Below, one piece after another: positions 18,120 to 28,846 of a stretch of 64,000 bases of DNA. Under the pieces are notes generated by a model. It did no database searches, was not told the origin of the DNA, and was given only the letters and a program-made list of their open reading frames with translations. Source of the stretch: an uncultured Candidatus Saccharibacteria bacterium (GTDB lineage: Bacteria > Patescibacteriota > WWE3 > UBA101185 > UBA10185); the NCBI GenBank assembly GCA_964385105.1, contig CAYLMU010000001.1, positions 130,252 to 194,251 of the forward strand, given 5' to 3'. The first letter of the stretch is position 1; each line of letters opens with the position of its first letter. Made by a program: the position numbers and the translations under genes.

Positions 18120-18590
18120 ATGTTACTTACACCCCACACATTCGTAGGAGTAGCAATAGGCGCTTCAGTGGCAAATCCTTTAATTGCCGTGCCATTATCT
18201 TTTATTATGCACTTTGTTGGTGACAGAGTTCCGCACTGGGATTTTTACTCTAATACCGAAAAATCACAACGACGCGAAGGTTGGCGCCCACTGGCTGTAA
18301 TGGCTGATTTATCATTAGGAATAGGTTTGGGCTTGAGTGTGACTTTATATGCTTTGTGGGTTCTAAATGACCAGGCATTGGCATTGAATATTTTTTTATG
18401 TGGTGTAGCTTCGGTTTTGCCCGACGCGCTTGAAGGACCCTATATCTACATGAAGTCCGAACCCAAAATTTTAAGTTATTTAACCGAAATACAACGAAAA
18501 CTTCAGTTTCAAGCTCCATTGCCATGGGGCATAATTACACAGCTTATTGTAATAATAATCTCGTCTTTAGTTATTTCAGCTTCTATTTAA
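18120..18590 (+). CDS. hypothetical membrane protein
   Basis: Multiple TM helices. Confidence 0.4.
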   Translation: MLLTPHTFVGVAIGASVANPLIAVPLSFIMHFVGDRVPHWDFYSNTEKSQRREGWRPLAVMADLSLGIGLGLSVTLYALWVLNDQALALNIFLCGVASVLPDALEGPYIYMKSEPKILSYLTEIQRKLQFQAPLPWGIITQLIVIIISSLVISASI

Positions 18591-20039
18591 GAATTTGCTA
18601 TAAACGTTCAAAAAAAGTATAAAAAATGCAACAATTCCGGTACCTGCCAAACTTATTAAAATAAAATATTGTTCGGCTGCAAACAGGCTGATTATTCCAA
18701 ACAATGCGGTTGTTGCCCAGTAAAATAAAGAAATTCTTCTTACACCCCAGCCCCGCTTGTGCAATAGATGGTGCAAATGCCCTTGATCCCCTCTAAATGG
18801 GTTTTTCTTTTTTAACACCCGTTTTATAAATGTTACTACTGCATCCAAAAACGGCACTAAAATTATCATTACCGAAATAGCTATTTTTCCGCCAATGAGT
18901 ACCGACAAGGTTGCAATAACTAAACCTGCAGCAGTTGCACCAAATCCCCACATAATTTTTGATGGATACCAATTAAATCTTGTTAATCCAATAGAAATTC
19001 CTGATGCAAGAATAGCAAGTTTTGCTGTGCTTATGTGAATTGGCTCAAGAGGTTCAAATCTAAGTGCAAGTAAGGCAATAACTATGCAAGCTATAGCTAC
19101 AATTCCGCCAAACTGACCGTCGACCCCATTTGACCATGAAAGTACATTTAATACCCAAACAAACCACAAAACCGTAAATAAAATTGAAGCCCATCCAATA
19201 ACATTTTCGCCAATTGCAACAGTATATTGTGAGAAGTCAAAAATTCCGCCCAATGGACTACTTATATAATCTATTCTTATACCCATATAAACCGGAATCA
19301 TAACCACAACAAACAAAATTAATAAACGAACAAGCGGATTTTCCAATATCACAAGCCGAGTATGGCTATGTGTGTTCTGGTAGTCGTCGGCCAACCCTAA
19401 AAGTGCTAAAACTGCAACTCCTATATATATACCCAACAAAAGATTAGAAGAGCCTACAAACACAAGCCCCAAAAATAACAGTATTATTGTAAAAATAAAT
19501 CCGCCTCCACGCACTGCAGGAGTTCTTAAAAGCATTGCCGGGTGTATATGGACTTCAGGATTTGTTTCTATGCCTTTATCTTTGAAATACTCTATAAACC
19601 AGGGAGTTACTGTATTAGTTACCACAATAGCTATAAAAAATGGAATCAATAGCGCCGAATATTTTGGATCAATTGCTGAAGCTAGAGGTGATGAGGCCAC
19701 CTGCACAATTCTATAAATAGAAAACGCAAGCAAAACATTTGCAAATGTTGTAGCAAAAAGCACAAGCTTTTCGGCATACATTAAAAAATAACTTTTGGCA
19801 TTAAAATAGAGCATTAATGCAAAAGGTACAAGTAACGCACTTGCCATTGGAATTAGAAATAAATTAATTTTAGGGGCTAATTGATCGTCTCCCCATTGTT
19901 TTGTGTAATAAAAAGGAATGAGTTCGTTTATGCTTTCATATCTTAATGCCACATACAAAACTTGAAACAATACAAGTGCAATATTAATTAAAAAGAAATT
20001 GAGCAGTTCTTTAGGTATATGTCTAAACCTGGTATCCAT
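18576..20039 (-). CDS. glycosyltransferase family 4 (MraY/WecA-like polyprenyl-phosphate sugar-1-P transferase) with N-terminal TM extension
   Basis: LADDYQN (DDxxD), NGVDGQFG (NxxDGxDG) and HHLLHKRGW motifs. Confidence 0.65.
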   Translation of the reverse strand: MDTRFRHIPKELLNFFLINIALVLFQVLYVALRYESINELIPFYYTKQWGDDQLAPKINLFLIPMASALLVPFALMLYFNAKSYFLMYAEKLVLFATTFANVLLAFSIYRIVQVASSPLASAIDPKYSALLIPFFIAIVVTNTVTPWFIEYFKDKGIETNPEVHIHPAMLLRTPAVRGGGFIFTIILLFLGLVFVGSSNLLLGIYIGVAVLALLGLADDYQNTHSHTRLVILENPLVRLLILFVVVMIPVYMGIRIDYISSPLGGIFDFSQYTVAIGENVIGWASILFTVLWFVWVLNVLSWSNGVDGQFGGIVAIACIVIALLALRFEPLEPIHISTAKLAILASGISIGLTRFNWYPSKIMWGFGATAAGLVIATLSVLIGGKIAISVMIILVPFLDAVVTFIKRVLKKKNPFRGDQGHLHHLLHKRGWGVRRISLFYWATTALFGIISLFAAEQYFILISLAGTGIVAFFILFLNVYSKFLNRS

Positions 20040-20040
20040 T

Positions 20041-21597
20041 TTATTTTCTTATTTTAGGCGTATGATAAAGTTCTTTCATCTTCTTACCAAACATCATACG
20101 TGTTTGTGCGTCAACAAAGGGAATAAATGAGTAGGTAAGCAGATTTACTATAACAAGCGGACCTTCTAACAAAACGAGGGCTTTTTTCCACATAGGCCAC
20201 TCAGCGGGCATTGGCTTTGAGATTTTTGACCTTAATATAATTCCGGGAATCAAAAAAACCATCGTGAATGTAAGAATTATACTGGTTACATGTGGAAGGC
20301 TATAAGCAAAATTAGTTTGTTTTATGTCGGGGTTAACTAGTGTTGCAATACCAAACCCGAAAGTTATTAAAAATGCCAGATTTATTAAAAATACACGCGT
20401 TCGTAAATGATGAATCACCCATGCCAGTTTTTTGCTACGTGAAATTTTGTCGTTTTTCATAAATTCTTTTACAGACAGCGGAAAATCAATTACACCATAA
20501 CCCCACCTTAAAAGTTGCTTGTACATACTTCGATATGAATCCCAATAAGTTTTGCCCTGAACAGCATCGGCAGAAATAGGAATATAATGGGCGACTCCTG
20601 TAAAATCACCGTTTCTTGCAAAATATGCCCGCCAATAATAAATTGTATCGTCGATACCAAGAGATGGGTCCCAGTAATCAGCGTCAATTAATGTTTGTAC
20701 AGATGTAGTGTATGCCGAGAAAGTTTTTCGTGAGCTTGAACCTCCGGATCTGTGAAGGGCCCAGTCAGAAAGCGATCCTACCGTTACAAAGTTTGCTTCA
20801 ATCCTCATCATAGCAGGAACCTTCCAAGTATTGTTGTTAAAAGTCATAACAGCAGTTGTATAAAATTTATGGTCGCGTTTGTTCGATGTTAAATATAAAT
20901 GGGTTGTTCGGGCAAAAAATTGTTCGTGCAGTACATGGTCGCAGTCTATTGTTGTAAAAACATAATTTCTTAAGTTTGCACCTGAATTCTTTAAGGTTTC
21001 TACTGCTTTAAGCGCGCCCCACCTTCTGTTTGCACCGGCCACACCTTTAGCTTCACCTTCAATCCCTGCCGGATGTACAAAAAACATAACTTTATCAAGC
21101 ATGTTTTCTCGTCCGTCAATAGCATTATCAATAGTTTTCTTAACCTGTTCTGCATATTTTTCTTCGGCGGTAAAAATGAGTGTTGTTTGAGTTGATGGAA
21201 ATGTTTGATTAAATATTGAATCTACCGACGGTTTTATAACTTCTAGCGGCTCGTTTACCACCGGAATAAGTAAAAAATGTTTAACATCTTTTAAACTAGG
21301 CGGAAGTGTTTCTTTCTCGGGGAGTTCATCAAAGTTAAGCTTTTTTAATTCTTCCATCCAGTCGGCCGTAATTTCTTTTTTGTATCGTCTATATCCGATA
21401 AATCCTTGAAATGTGCCAGTTATAGCCAAATACGACCAGTAAATAGTTACAAATGTCAGTAAATAAACCATTGCAGGATAATAGATTAACGACAGCCAAA
21501 TCGGTGACAATATGATAGTCCAGGTAAGTATACCGGGTATCATTTCGAGCAGGCGTTGAACCTTTTTATCATGTTTTATAACAAATTTTGCAACCAT
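20041..21597 (-). CDS. processive GT2 family beta-glycosyltransferase (cellulose-synthase-like, QxxRW motif)
   Basis: DxD-type GT2 core and QLLRWGYG. Flanking TM helices. Confidence 0.6.
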   Translation of the reverse strand: MVAKFVIKHDKKVQRLLEMIPGILTWTIILSPIWLSLIYYPAMVYLLTFVTIYWSYLAITGTFQGFIGYRRYKKEITADWMEELKKLNFDELPEKETLPPSLKDVKHFLLIPVVNEPLEVIKPSVDSIFNQTFPSTQTTLIFTAEEKYAEQVKKTIDNAIDGRENMLDKVMFFVHPAGIEGEAKGVAGANRRWGALKAVETLKNSGANLRNYVFTTIDCDHVLHEQFFARTTHLYLTSNKRDHKFYTTAVMTFNNNTWKVPAMMRIEANFVTVGSLSDWALHRSGGSSSRKTFSAYTTSVQTLIDADYWDPSLGIDDTIYYWRAYFARNGDFTGVAHYIPISADAVQGKTYWDSYRSMYKQLLRWGYGVIDFPLSVKEFMKNDKISRSKKLAWVIHHLRTRVFLINLAFLITFGFGIATLVNPDIKQTNFAYSLPHVTSIILTFTMVFLIPGIILRSKISKPMPAEWPMWKKALVLLEGPLVIVNLLTYSFIPFVDAQTRMMFGKKMKELYHTPKIRK

Positions 21598-21613
21598 AAG
21601 TAGTTTTTAGTAA

Positions 21614-22417
21614 CTAGTTCTCAAGCATCAGACCAAAAACATTTGCAGTGTTTTTGCTTGTTGTTTCAGCAATTTCTTCAAACGGCAGGTTTTTAGTTTC
21701 GGCAACTTTCAGTGCGACTATTTTAACATTTTTAGGTTCGTTAAGTATTTTTGCTCCCGAAGCGTCAACTTGTGCAATACCCTTTGGCAAAATATATGGA
21801 GCATCGGTTTCTACCAGTATTTTATTTAGCGGTGTTTTTTTTACTGTTTCGAGTAAATAGTTTTTGCTGTTATAAGTTATAAACCCCGAAAAAGAAATGT
21901 AAAACCCGCAGTCTAAAAAATTTTTAGCCAAGTTCCAGTCACCGTCAAAGCAGTGGGCCACACCTCGTAAACCCTGCGGAACGTATTTTTTGATTAACTC
22001 AATTATTTTTTCGTCTCCATTTCGATTGTGAATAATTATTGGTAAATTTTTTCGTAGAGCAAGTTGGATTTGTCTCTCAAAGAGTTCCATTTGTTGATCC
22101 ATAGGCCTTTGGTTTGGAAATTTTGTTATATCAAGTCCGCATTCACCCAAGGCCACAATTTTTGGTAACGAGTCAATTTGTGTTTTAAGTGCTTTTACCA
22201 GGTCTTGCGGGGTTTGGTTTAAGTTACTATTTGGATAAATTGCAATAGCTGCATAAACATTATTAAATTTTTCGGCTATAGTTGTTGTGTGAATATTGTC
22301 TTCAAGTGTAGTTCCAATGTTTATACACGCAGTCACACTTTCATCAAGTGCATTTTTTAGAATAAGTTCGGTTTCTGTTGTGTTATGGGGCAGGTGGCAA
22401 TGCGAATCTATTAGCAT
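21614..22417 (-). CDS. tatD: TatD-family metal-dependent hydrolase
   Basis: IDSHCHL ... GECGLD ... typical TatD motifs. Confidence 0.8.
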   Translation of the reverse strand: MLIDSHCHLPHNTTETELILKNALDESVTACINIGTTLEDNIHTTTIAEKFNNVYAAIAIYPNSNLNQTPQDLVKALKTQIDSLPKIVALGECGLDITKFPNQRPMDQQMELFERQIQLALRKNLPIIIHNRNGDEKIIELIKKYVPQGLRGVAHCFDGDWNLAKNFLDCGFYISFSGFITYNSKNYLLETVKKTPLNKILVETDAPYILPKGIAQVDASGAKILNEPKNVKIVALKVAETKNLPFEEIAETTSKNTANVFGLMLEN

Positions 22418-22477
22418 AAAACTTTAAACATTATACAATATGCCCATGAACAATAAGCTCGGAGAAATAAATAATCC

Positions 22478-23483
22478 TATGCGAATTTTGGGAATTGAAA
22501 CATCATGCGATGAGACCGCGGCAGCTATTGTTGAAAATGGTGTACATGAGGTTGCAAGTGTAGTTGCAAGTTCAAGAGAATTGCACGAAAAAACAGGAGG
22601 TGTGGTACCAGAGGTTGCAGCACGCAAACAGGTTGAATCAATAGTGCCGGTTTTGAATGAGGTGCTAGAAGTTGCAAAAATGACCCAAAATGATATAGAT
22701 GCACTTGCAGTAACTGTGGGTCCGGGATTAATAGGTTCTTTGCTGGTTGGTGTTGAGGCGGCAAAGGCTTTGTCATTGGCATGGAGCAAACCTTTAATTC
22801 CTGTGAATCATTTGGTAGGGCACATTTACGCCAATTTTGTAGATAACCCTAAACCTGTTGAACTTCCTGCGGTTGCTTTGGTTGTTAGCGGTGGTCACAC
22901 CGACCTGGTTTTAATGCAGAATCACGGTAACTTGCAGTATTTAGGCGGAACACTTGACGATGCCGCGGGGGAAGCTTTTGACAAAACTGCCAGGTTGTTA
23001 GGTTTGGCTGACTATCTTGGTGGGCCTTTGTTGTCAGCGGTGGCTGAAAAATGCGAAGACACAACATTAACGGGTACATTGCCAAGACCAAAAATAAATG
23101 ACAATGACTTGGATTTTTCGTTTTCGGGTTTAAAAACTGCTGTAAAAAGATTAGTTGAAAAAAATGACTTGCCTGTGGAATGTGTGGCAAAAGAGTTTGA
23201 GGACGCGGTTGTGGATGTGCTGGTTAAAAAAACTTTAGACGCTGTGAAGCAAAATAATGTGCAAACAATTTTGCTGGGCGGAGGAGTTTCGGCAAATTCG
23301 CAATTACGTAAGCGCCTGGGGGATGAAGCTGAAAAATTAGGTTTTGTGTTGCATATTCCGCCAATGCCATTGTGTACAGACAATGCAGTGTATATTGCAT
23401 CGGCAGCGTATTTTAGCAGTGTAAAAAAACCTTTAGCCGAAATTCAGGCCGATCCGGGACTGGGGATTACGGATTTGGTTTAA
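22478..23483 (+). CDS. tsaD: tRNA N6-adenosine threonylcarbamoyltransferase TsaD
   Basis: MRILGIETSCDET, HLVGHIYA, SGGHT motifs. GGAGAAA RBS. Start trimmed to 22478. Confidence 0.9.
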
Positions 23484-23549
23484 TTTTTTGTATAAGGAAG
23501 TGGCCACTTCAAGTTTTGGTGAAGTGGCCACATGTAAGTAAGACAGTGC
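23484..23549. repeat. tandem palindromic GAAGTGGCCAC(TTC) repeats, probable bidirectional terminator
   Basis: ggaagtggccacttc (perfect 14-bp palindrome) ... gaagtggccacatg, between convergent tsaD and 23550..23948. Confidence 0.5.
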
Positions 23550-23948
23550 TTAGCGTCTACTCATAATATACTCATTTGGGAAGTCTTTATTGTACCTTCG
23601 GTACAGATTGATAGCAGCCTCCATTTGCTCTACGGTTAGTCTTGGATTAGCTGATTCCAAACGACTATAAAAAGGACTTTTGGGATCATAACCATCCCAA
23701 GTATGAGCTTCGTCCATTATGGTTTCCTTCAGGTGCGGCAAATCATATCCAAGAAAGATAGGACCAAACTTTCTCTCATTTTGTATCACCCACACTTGGC
23801 ACTCCTCTTCAAGCAACGGCACAGCAAATTCCATTATTTCACGACCAGGATTAAATCCGACATATCCAAATATGATTTTCAAACCAATCTGTGTACCCTT
23901 TCGCGAGATTTTATCGTACAACCAGGAACGAACCACGTTATCAGTCAT
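23550..23948 (-). CDS. hypothetical protein (132 aa)
   Basis: AAAAGGAGAG RBS before MTDNVV. Upstream minus-strand promoter TTGCAG/TATATA adjacent to the CCTATAGT motif. Confidence 0.5.
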   Translation of the reverse strand: MTDNVVRSWLYDKISRKGTQIGLKIIFGYVGFNPGREIMEFAVPLLEEECQVWVIQNERKFGPIFLGYDLPHLKETIMDEAHTWDGYDPKSPFYSRLESANPRLTVEQMEAAINLYRRYNKDFPNEYIMSRR

Positions 23949-24051
23949 GTAACTCTCCTTTTTTGTATGTGGGGTTTGTAAACATTTGGGAGTATATATT
24001 AATGCGTGCAATTCTGCAACCTATAGTAACAAATGTGCGTCTGAACGATGA

Positions 24052-24088
24052 AAAAAGACTCCTTATGCGGACGATAAGGAGTCAAGGT
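24052..24088 (-). terminator. intrinsic terminator (gactcctta...taaggagtc + T-run on minus strand)
   Basis: aaaaaagactccttatgcggacgataaggagtc, followed by a T-run when read on the minus strand. Confidence 0.6.
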
Positions 24089-24102
24089 TAATTGATGTTT
24101 TT

Positions 24103-24273
24103 CAGAATAGTTGTGTAGCTACAATAATAACCGCTATTACCAACAGGCCAAGCATAACTAGCAGCAGAGCGTCCTTTGGCACTTTTCTCTCATTAACATG
24201 ATGTAATGCAACTTCAAATGCCCTGTTAGCAATAAACGGTAAAGTCTCGTCATTACTTAAGTAGTCCATTGTT
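24103..24273 (-). CDS. small tail-anchored membrane protein (56 aa), not in ORF track
   Basis: AAAGGAGTTAAA RBS, MDYLSNDETLPFIANRAFEVALHHVNERKVPKDALLLVMLGLLVIAVIIVATQLF, terminator directly downstream. Confidence 0.5.
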
Positions 24274-24397
24274 TAACTCCTTTTTGGCTGTGTTTAGGGG
24301 GAATTATAAGATATTGAATTGAGTTAGTAAACAAAAAAAACCGCCACTAGTGTAAATGGTGACGGTTTTGAGCAGGCAGCGATGATCACATGATGTA

Positions 24398-24667
24398 CTA
24401 CATAAATACTAATCCGCGCAAAGCAAGTCCTACAAATCTCAATTTCACTCTTAGCGAATCTTGTTTTGAACTCATGTCTATGAGTAAACCAAGAAATGCA
24501 ATGAAATCAGGATGTATGTCCCCGTTTTGCAAGGCCTGAATAGCTTGAGCTACAGGCCCTGTTTGACATTCCGCTTTGACACCTTTCACTATATGCAGCA
24601 TAGCCAAAGCAATGTCATTTCGCGTAAAAGCTTTTACGTTCATACTACTTACCGAACTAGCCATCAT
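24398..24667 (-). CDS. hypothetical protein (90 aa)
   Basis: AAGGAG RBS before MMASSV. Bidirectional terminator hairpin at 24338-24378. Confidence 0.45.
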   Translation of the reverse strand: MMASSVSSMNVKAFTRNDIALAMLHIVKGVKAECQTGPVAQAIQALQNGDIHPDFIAFLGLLIDMSSKQDSLRVKLRFVGLALRGLVFM

Positions 24668-24739
24668 CCTATACTCCTTTTTCAAAAGCGTTTAATAAAA
24701 AAGTCCATCTAGCCCGTAGTATAATCTAAAAAACTTAAA

Positions 24740-25990
24740 TTATAAAGTGCTTGAGTTTATAAATGTTTCTAAATCAATCAAACTGCTTTCAGTTTCGGAA
24801 CGTCTTTTGTATTCAACTTGATTTCCGGTTTTTCTTGAAACCACAATTCTGTGGGGTATGCCTATTAAATCAGCTTCGGCAAATTTTTCTCCGACACCGG
24901 TATCTGCCCGGTCATCAAACAAAACCTCAATCTCGGCATTTTGTAGCTTTTCGTAAACATTTTGAGCGTTCGCTACAACCGTTTCATCTTCAAGATTCAG
25001 CCCAACTAAATGCACTTTAAAAGGTGCTACCGGTTCAGGCCATAAAATACCCTTTTCGTCGTGAAAGGTTTCAACAATTGCCCCCATAACCCTGCTTGAC
25101 CCGATACCGTAACATCCCATGTAAACCGGGTTTTCAGTTCCTTTTTCGTCAGTGTAGGTATAGCCAAATGCATCACTATATTTTGTATTTAAAGGAAAAA
25201 TATTGCCAACCTCAGACGCTGGAAACATTTCGTATTCATCTTCGCTCAAGTTACTAACATCTGGGGCGACTTCTTTGTTGTAATACACGTCTTCAGACTT
25301 AATGTAATAAATTGTATCTTCGCCTGTTGCACACTTTGTTTGAAATTCATGTGAAAATTGTTCGGTAAAATCCCCGCCTGATGCTAAAGCTATAACCGTA
25401 ACGTTGCCCATACCTAAACGTTCATAAATTGTTGTATAAACCTTTTTAATTTCGGCATAAAACCTGAGCAAGTCTTCTTCTGATGTGTGGAAACTGTATA
25501 AATCTTTCATTCTAAACTCGCGGCCGCGCAATAAACCTGATTTTGGACGTGCCTCGTTTCTAAATTTTGTTTGAATTTGGTAAACGGCAAACGGCAGTTC
25601 TTTGTAGCTAAATTTAAACTGTTTTGCCAATGGAGTGACTATTTCTTCGTGGGTTGGGCTTAAAATATATGTTCCGCTGTTTAAAGCTTGTGACTCTTTG
25701 GTTGCTCCGGATGCTTTAAAAAGTGTATCGTAAGTGTCTATTCTGCCTGTTTTTTCCCAGTTTTCGGTTGGGGCAAGTGTCGGCATTAAAATTTCATTTG
25801 CAACCTTATTCATTTCTTCACGAATTATATTTTCAATTTTTGCTAAAACTTTATTACCTAAGGGCAGGTAAGTATAAACACCTGACATTGTCTGATCAAT
25901 AAAGCCGCCTTTAATTAAATAGGTAGCGTTTACAGAATCATACTCTTTTGTACTTTTTTTAGGTCGGGCAAAAAGTTGGGTATACCGCAT
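24740..25990 (-). CDS. proS: prolyl-tRNA synthetase (short form lacking editing domain)
   Basis: N-terminal MRYTQLF...YLIKGGFIDQ..SGVYTYLPLG, class II motif 2 FRNEARPKSGLLRGREF. Confidence 0.8.
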   Translation of the reverse strand: MRYTQLFARPKKSTKEYDSVNATYLIKGGFIDQTMSGVYTYLPLGNKVLAKIENIIREEMNKVANEILMPTLAPTENWEKTGRIDTYDTLFKASGATKESQALNSGTYILSPTHEEIVTPLAKQFKFSYKELPFAVYQIQTKFRNEARPKSGLLRGREFRMKDLYSFHTSEEDLLRFYAEIKKVYTTIYERLGMGNVTVIALASGGDFTEQFSHEFQTKCATGEDTIYYIKSEDVYYNKEVAPDVSNLSEDEYEMFPASEVGNIFPLNTKYSDAFGYTYTDEKGTENPVYMGCYGIGSSRVMGAIVETFHDEKGILWPEPVAPFKVHLVGLNLEDETVVANAQNVYEKLQNAEIEVLFDDRADTGVGEKFAEADLIGIPHRIVVSRKTGNQVEYKRRSETESSLIDLETFINSSTL

Positions 25991-26172
25991 ATGTTGCTAT
26001 TGTACACTATTAATGATTCGATTTTTATACTTTTCTTTTATTTTTTTATTTTGGGGTCAGTAACTATAAAACAATATGGTTGAGTGGGAGTTGTTTTCAT
26101 AAAAAATCACCGATCTATATTGAGTACACCAAAAGCATCATCCTCTAAATGCGGCTTTTTGAGTATTGTTCA

Positions 26173-26712
26173 TTATTTAAGAGAATTTAAAATACTTAAT
26201 TGTTCATTTATTGTGGTAAGAGGGTCGGCACCATAAGTTACCAATAGTTTGTCGTTTGGTTCAATGACTCTGTCTAGCGCGTGTGGTGTTAGAGTGCCGT
26301 TTAAATAAAACTTTAGCTCATGTACATCTCTATTACAAAGAGTTTGCCCGGTGCCCGTTACAATGCATTCTGAAGTGAGTTTAAACGGGGCAGGCATTGT
26401 GTCAAAAAATTCCTGCCACGTTACCTTTTCATTTACAGTTATGATGTAAGGAGTTGTACCTTCAATAAAAACTTTTTCAGATCTCTTGTGGTAAATGGTC
26501 GGCCAAAAATCCCGTCTTAGGCTATTGGTGAACACCAGGAATGTTGCAGTATAAGGTAGATTAGAGTCGTTAGATATTGAGGGGGAAGTAATTGTTTTAA
26601 GCAATTTATCTGTTTCTAATTTGGTTTTGTAAAAATTATATTGATGCACGTTAAAAGCAATAATTCCGGTGAATATAGCAATGAGCAGTAATAAAACAGT
26701 AATTTTTGTCAC
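26173..26712 (-). CDS. hypothetical membrane-anchored protein
   Basis: N-terminal TM only. Confidence 0.4.
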   Translation of the reverse strand: MTKITVLLLLIAIFTGIIAFNVHQYNFYKTKLETDKLLKTITSPSISNDSNLPYTATFLVFTNSLRRDFWPTIYHKRSEKVFIEGTTPYIITVNEKVTWQEFFDTMPAPFKLTSECIVTGTGQTLCNRDVHELKFYLNGTLTPHALDRVIEPNDKLLVTYGADPLTTINEQLSILNSLK

Positions 26713-26907
26713 TAAATAAAATAATACATGAATTAATACTATTGTTAAATACGATTTTGTATATTATTTTTAATAAAATGCATCCTAAACTTTCACGCTC
26801 TATAATTTTGTATTTATGTTTAGTGTTTTTTTATAATATCTTTTACTTTTATAGCAAAATGGACGCCTTCACCAGTACAACAACAATTTACATTTTTTTC
26901 TGAAGCT

Positions 26908-28016
26908 TTGCTGCAAGGAAAATTATATTTTCTTGATAATTCAAGCCCCTGGTCTGACGCAACTTTTCATAACGGGCAGTATTATTGGCCACTTAGGATA
27001 TTTCCGGCAATTTTGTTAATGCCTTTTTCATGGGTTGCAAATAATTTATTTGGAATACATTTTTGGCAAGGCTATATACATTTTCCGCTAATTATCGCAA
27101 TATTTATTCTGGTTAAAAAACTGGCGAGGATTTATAACTTTAGTTCAGATGATTCTTATTATTTGGCATTTGCATTTTGTTTTGCTTCCGTAATGCAGTT
27201 TGTTTCATTTAATCCTTTGAGCTGGTATTATTCTCACGCAGTTGCCGTATTTTTTACATTTTTAGCCATTTATGAATATAAAACTAAAAATAGAATGTGG
27301 TTGATTGGGTTGTTTATGGCATTTGTATTCATGACCCGATACACTGCCGGAATAACGTCTATTTTCTTTGCATTGTCGGTAGTTACAAAAAATATTAATT
27401 TAAGTAAAAAGGTAAATGATTTGTTGCAGCTTTTTTTGCCCATTGCTTTGGCAGGGATTTTTTTGTTAATACTTAATCATGTTAGATTTGGGAATATTTT
27501 TGATAACGGGTATAAGAGTGTAAATAATGCTTTATTAACTGATGAACAAAGATTTGAGTTATTAAATTATGGATTATTTCAATTAAGAAATATTCCCACA
27601 AATTTCTATTATTATTTTATAAAAACAGTTGACCCGATTCTTGTAAATTTTGAAAGTCTTCATGGAAATACATTTGTTTTAAGTTTCCTTATGTTAAAGC
27701 TGGTTATCCCAGTGTAGGGTTTTTTGTAGTTGCACCCATTTATTTATATATTTTTAGGTCAAAGCTTACGCACGAAGTTAAATTGGCGTTAGTTCCTGTG
27801 TTTTTAACACTTTTTATTCTTTTAACATATTATTGGCCGGGATGGACTCAAGTGGGGCCACGGTATACTCTTGATTTTTTACCAATTCTCACACTTGTAC
27901 TATTTGAGTCGTTTCGAGAGTCAAAGTTATCAAGTTTTGCAAAAGGCATAATAATTTTTAGCGCATTTTTTAATCTTTATTTGTTTGTTACTGTTGTTTC
28001 CCCAAGGTTTGTTTAA
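26908..28016 (+). pseudogene. GT-C-type membrane glycosyltransferase-like gene interrupted by a frameshift (two overlapping ORFs 26908..27717 and 27654..28016)
   Basis: Frame of 26908..27717 ends at 27717. The other frame is open from 27654 through 28016 with continuous TM-like sequence (VGFFVVAPIYLYIF...). An upstream AT-rich ORF 26706..26903 lies in yet another frame. Confidence 0.35.
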
Positions 28017-28032
28017 TGTGTACAATAAAGTT

Positions 28033-28497
28033 ATGAAAAAATTACAAGCTTCAATAAAAATAAATGCACCTAAAGAAAAAGTTTGGCACACCATGCTTGA
28101 TAATCAAACATATCGTCAATGGACTGAAGTATTTCATCCTGGATCATATTACAAAGGTAATTGGGAAAAAGATTCAAAAATGTTATTTCTTGGTCCAAAT
28201 CCTGAAACAGGTGAAGAAGGCGGAATGATTGCAAAGGTTGTAGAAAATAAGCCATATGAATATATATCTTTAGAACATGTAGGTATTATTAACAATGGTG
28301 TTGAAGATACAACAAGTGATGAGGTTGCAAAATGGACGCCGGCTTTTGAGAATTATACCTTTACCGAAGAAAACGGAGTTACTACAGTATCAATTGAGAT
28401 GGATGTTTTGGAAGAGCATATGGAAATGTTTAATCAAATGTGGCCTGAAGCATTGGAGAAGTTGAAAGAGATTGCTGAGAAGGGTAGTGAGGGCTAA
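28033..28497 (+). CDS. SRPBCC (AHSA1/START-like) family protein
   Basis: Typical ~150-aa SRPBCC pattern with W..EEI.KW. Start trimmed to MKKLQ. Confidence 0.55.
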   Translation: MKKLQASIKINAPKEKVWHTMLDNQTYRQWTEVFHPGSYYKGNWEKDSKMLFLGPNPETGEEGGMIAKVVENKPYEYISLEHVGIINNGVEDTTSDEVAKWTPAFENYTFTEENGVTTVSIEMDVLEEHMEMFNQMWPEALEKLKEIAEKGSEG

Positions 28498-28540
28498 TTT
28501 GTTGCAAGTGGGTATAGGAACAAGTCTTATTACATTACTG

Positions 28541-28843
28541 TTATTTATTGTCAGAATCTCCACTAGGTGCAACTAAAATATTTAAGTTAAGAAATAGATA
28601 TTGCTTAAAAGCTGCCCAGAAGTCTTTATTACTATTATCAATTAGGATTTCGGAATAATTTTCTTTTACAGATAGATTAACAATGTCGATTCCTACTGAA
28701 GTAACAGCTCTGCTAAGTACTGGTAAATATTTGTCATTTACTAAAGGTGATACGTCAATCTTTATTTTAGTAAAATCATCACTTAATTTTATTTTTCCGA
28801 GAAGAGTAGCTTTATCTAATTTTAGTAAGTTGTATTCTTTCAT
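28541..28843 (-). CDS. hypothetical protein (100 aa), co-transcribed downstream of the HEXXH protein
   Basis: AAGGA RBS. 4-nt gap after the stop of 28847..30577. Confidence 0.5.
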   Translation of the reverse strand: MKEYNLLKLDKATLLGKIKLSDDFTKIKIDVSPLVNDKYLPVLSRAVTSVGIDIVNLSVKENYSEILIDNSNKDFWAAFKQYLFLNLNILVAPSGDSDNK

Positions 28844-28846
28844 ATG

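Noticed and set aside
22424-23383. Several minus-strand ORFs (121, 85, 101, 123 aa)
   Set aside because: All are antisense within the well-supported tsaD coding region.
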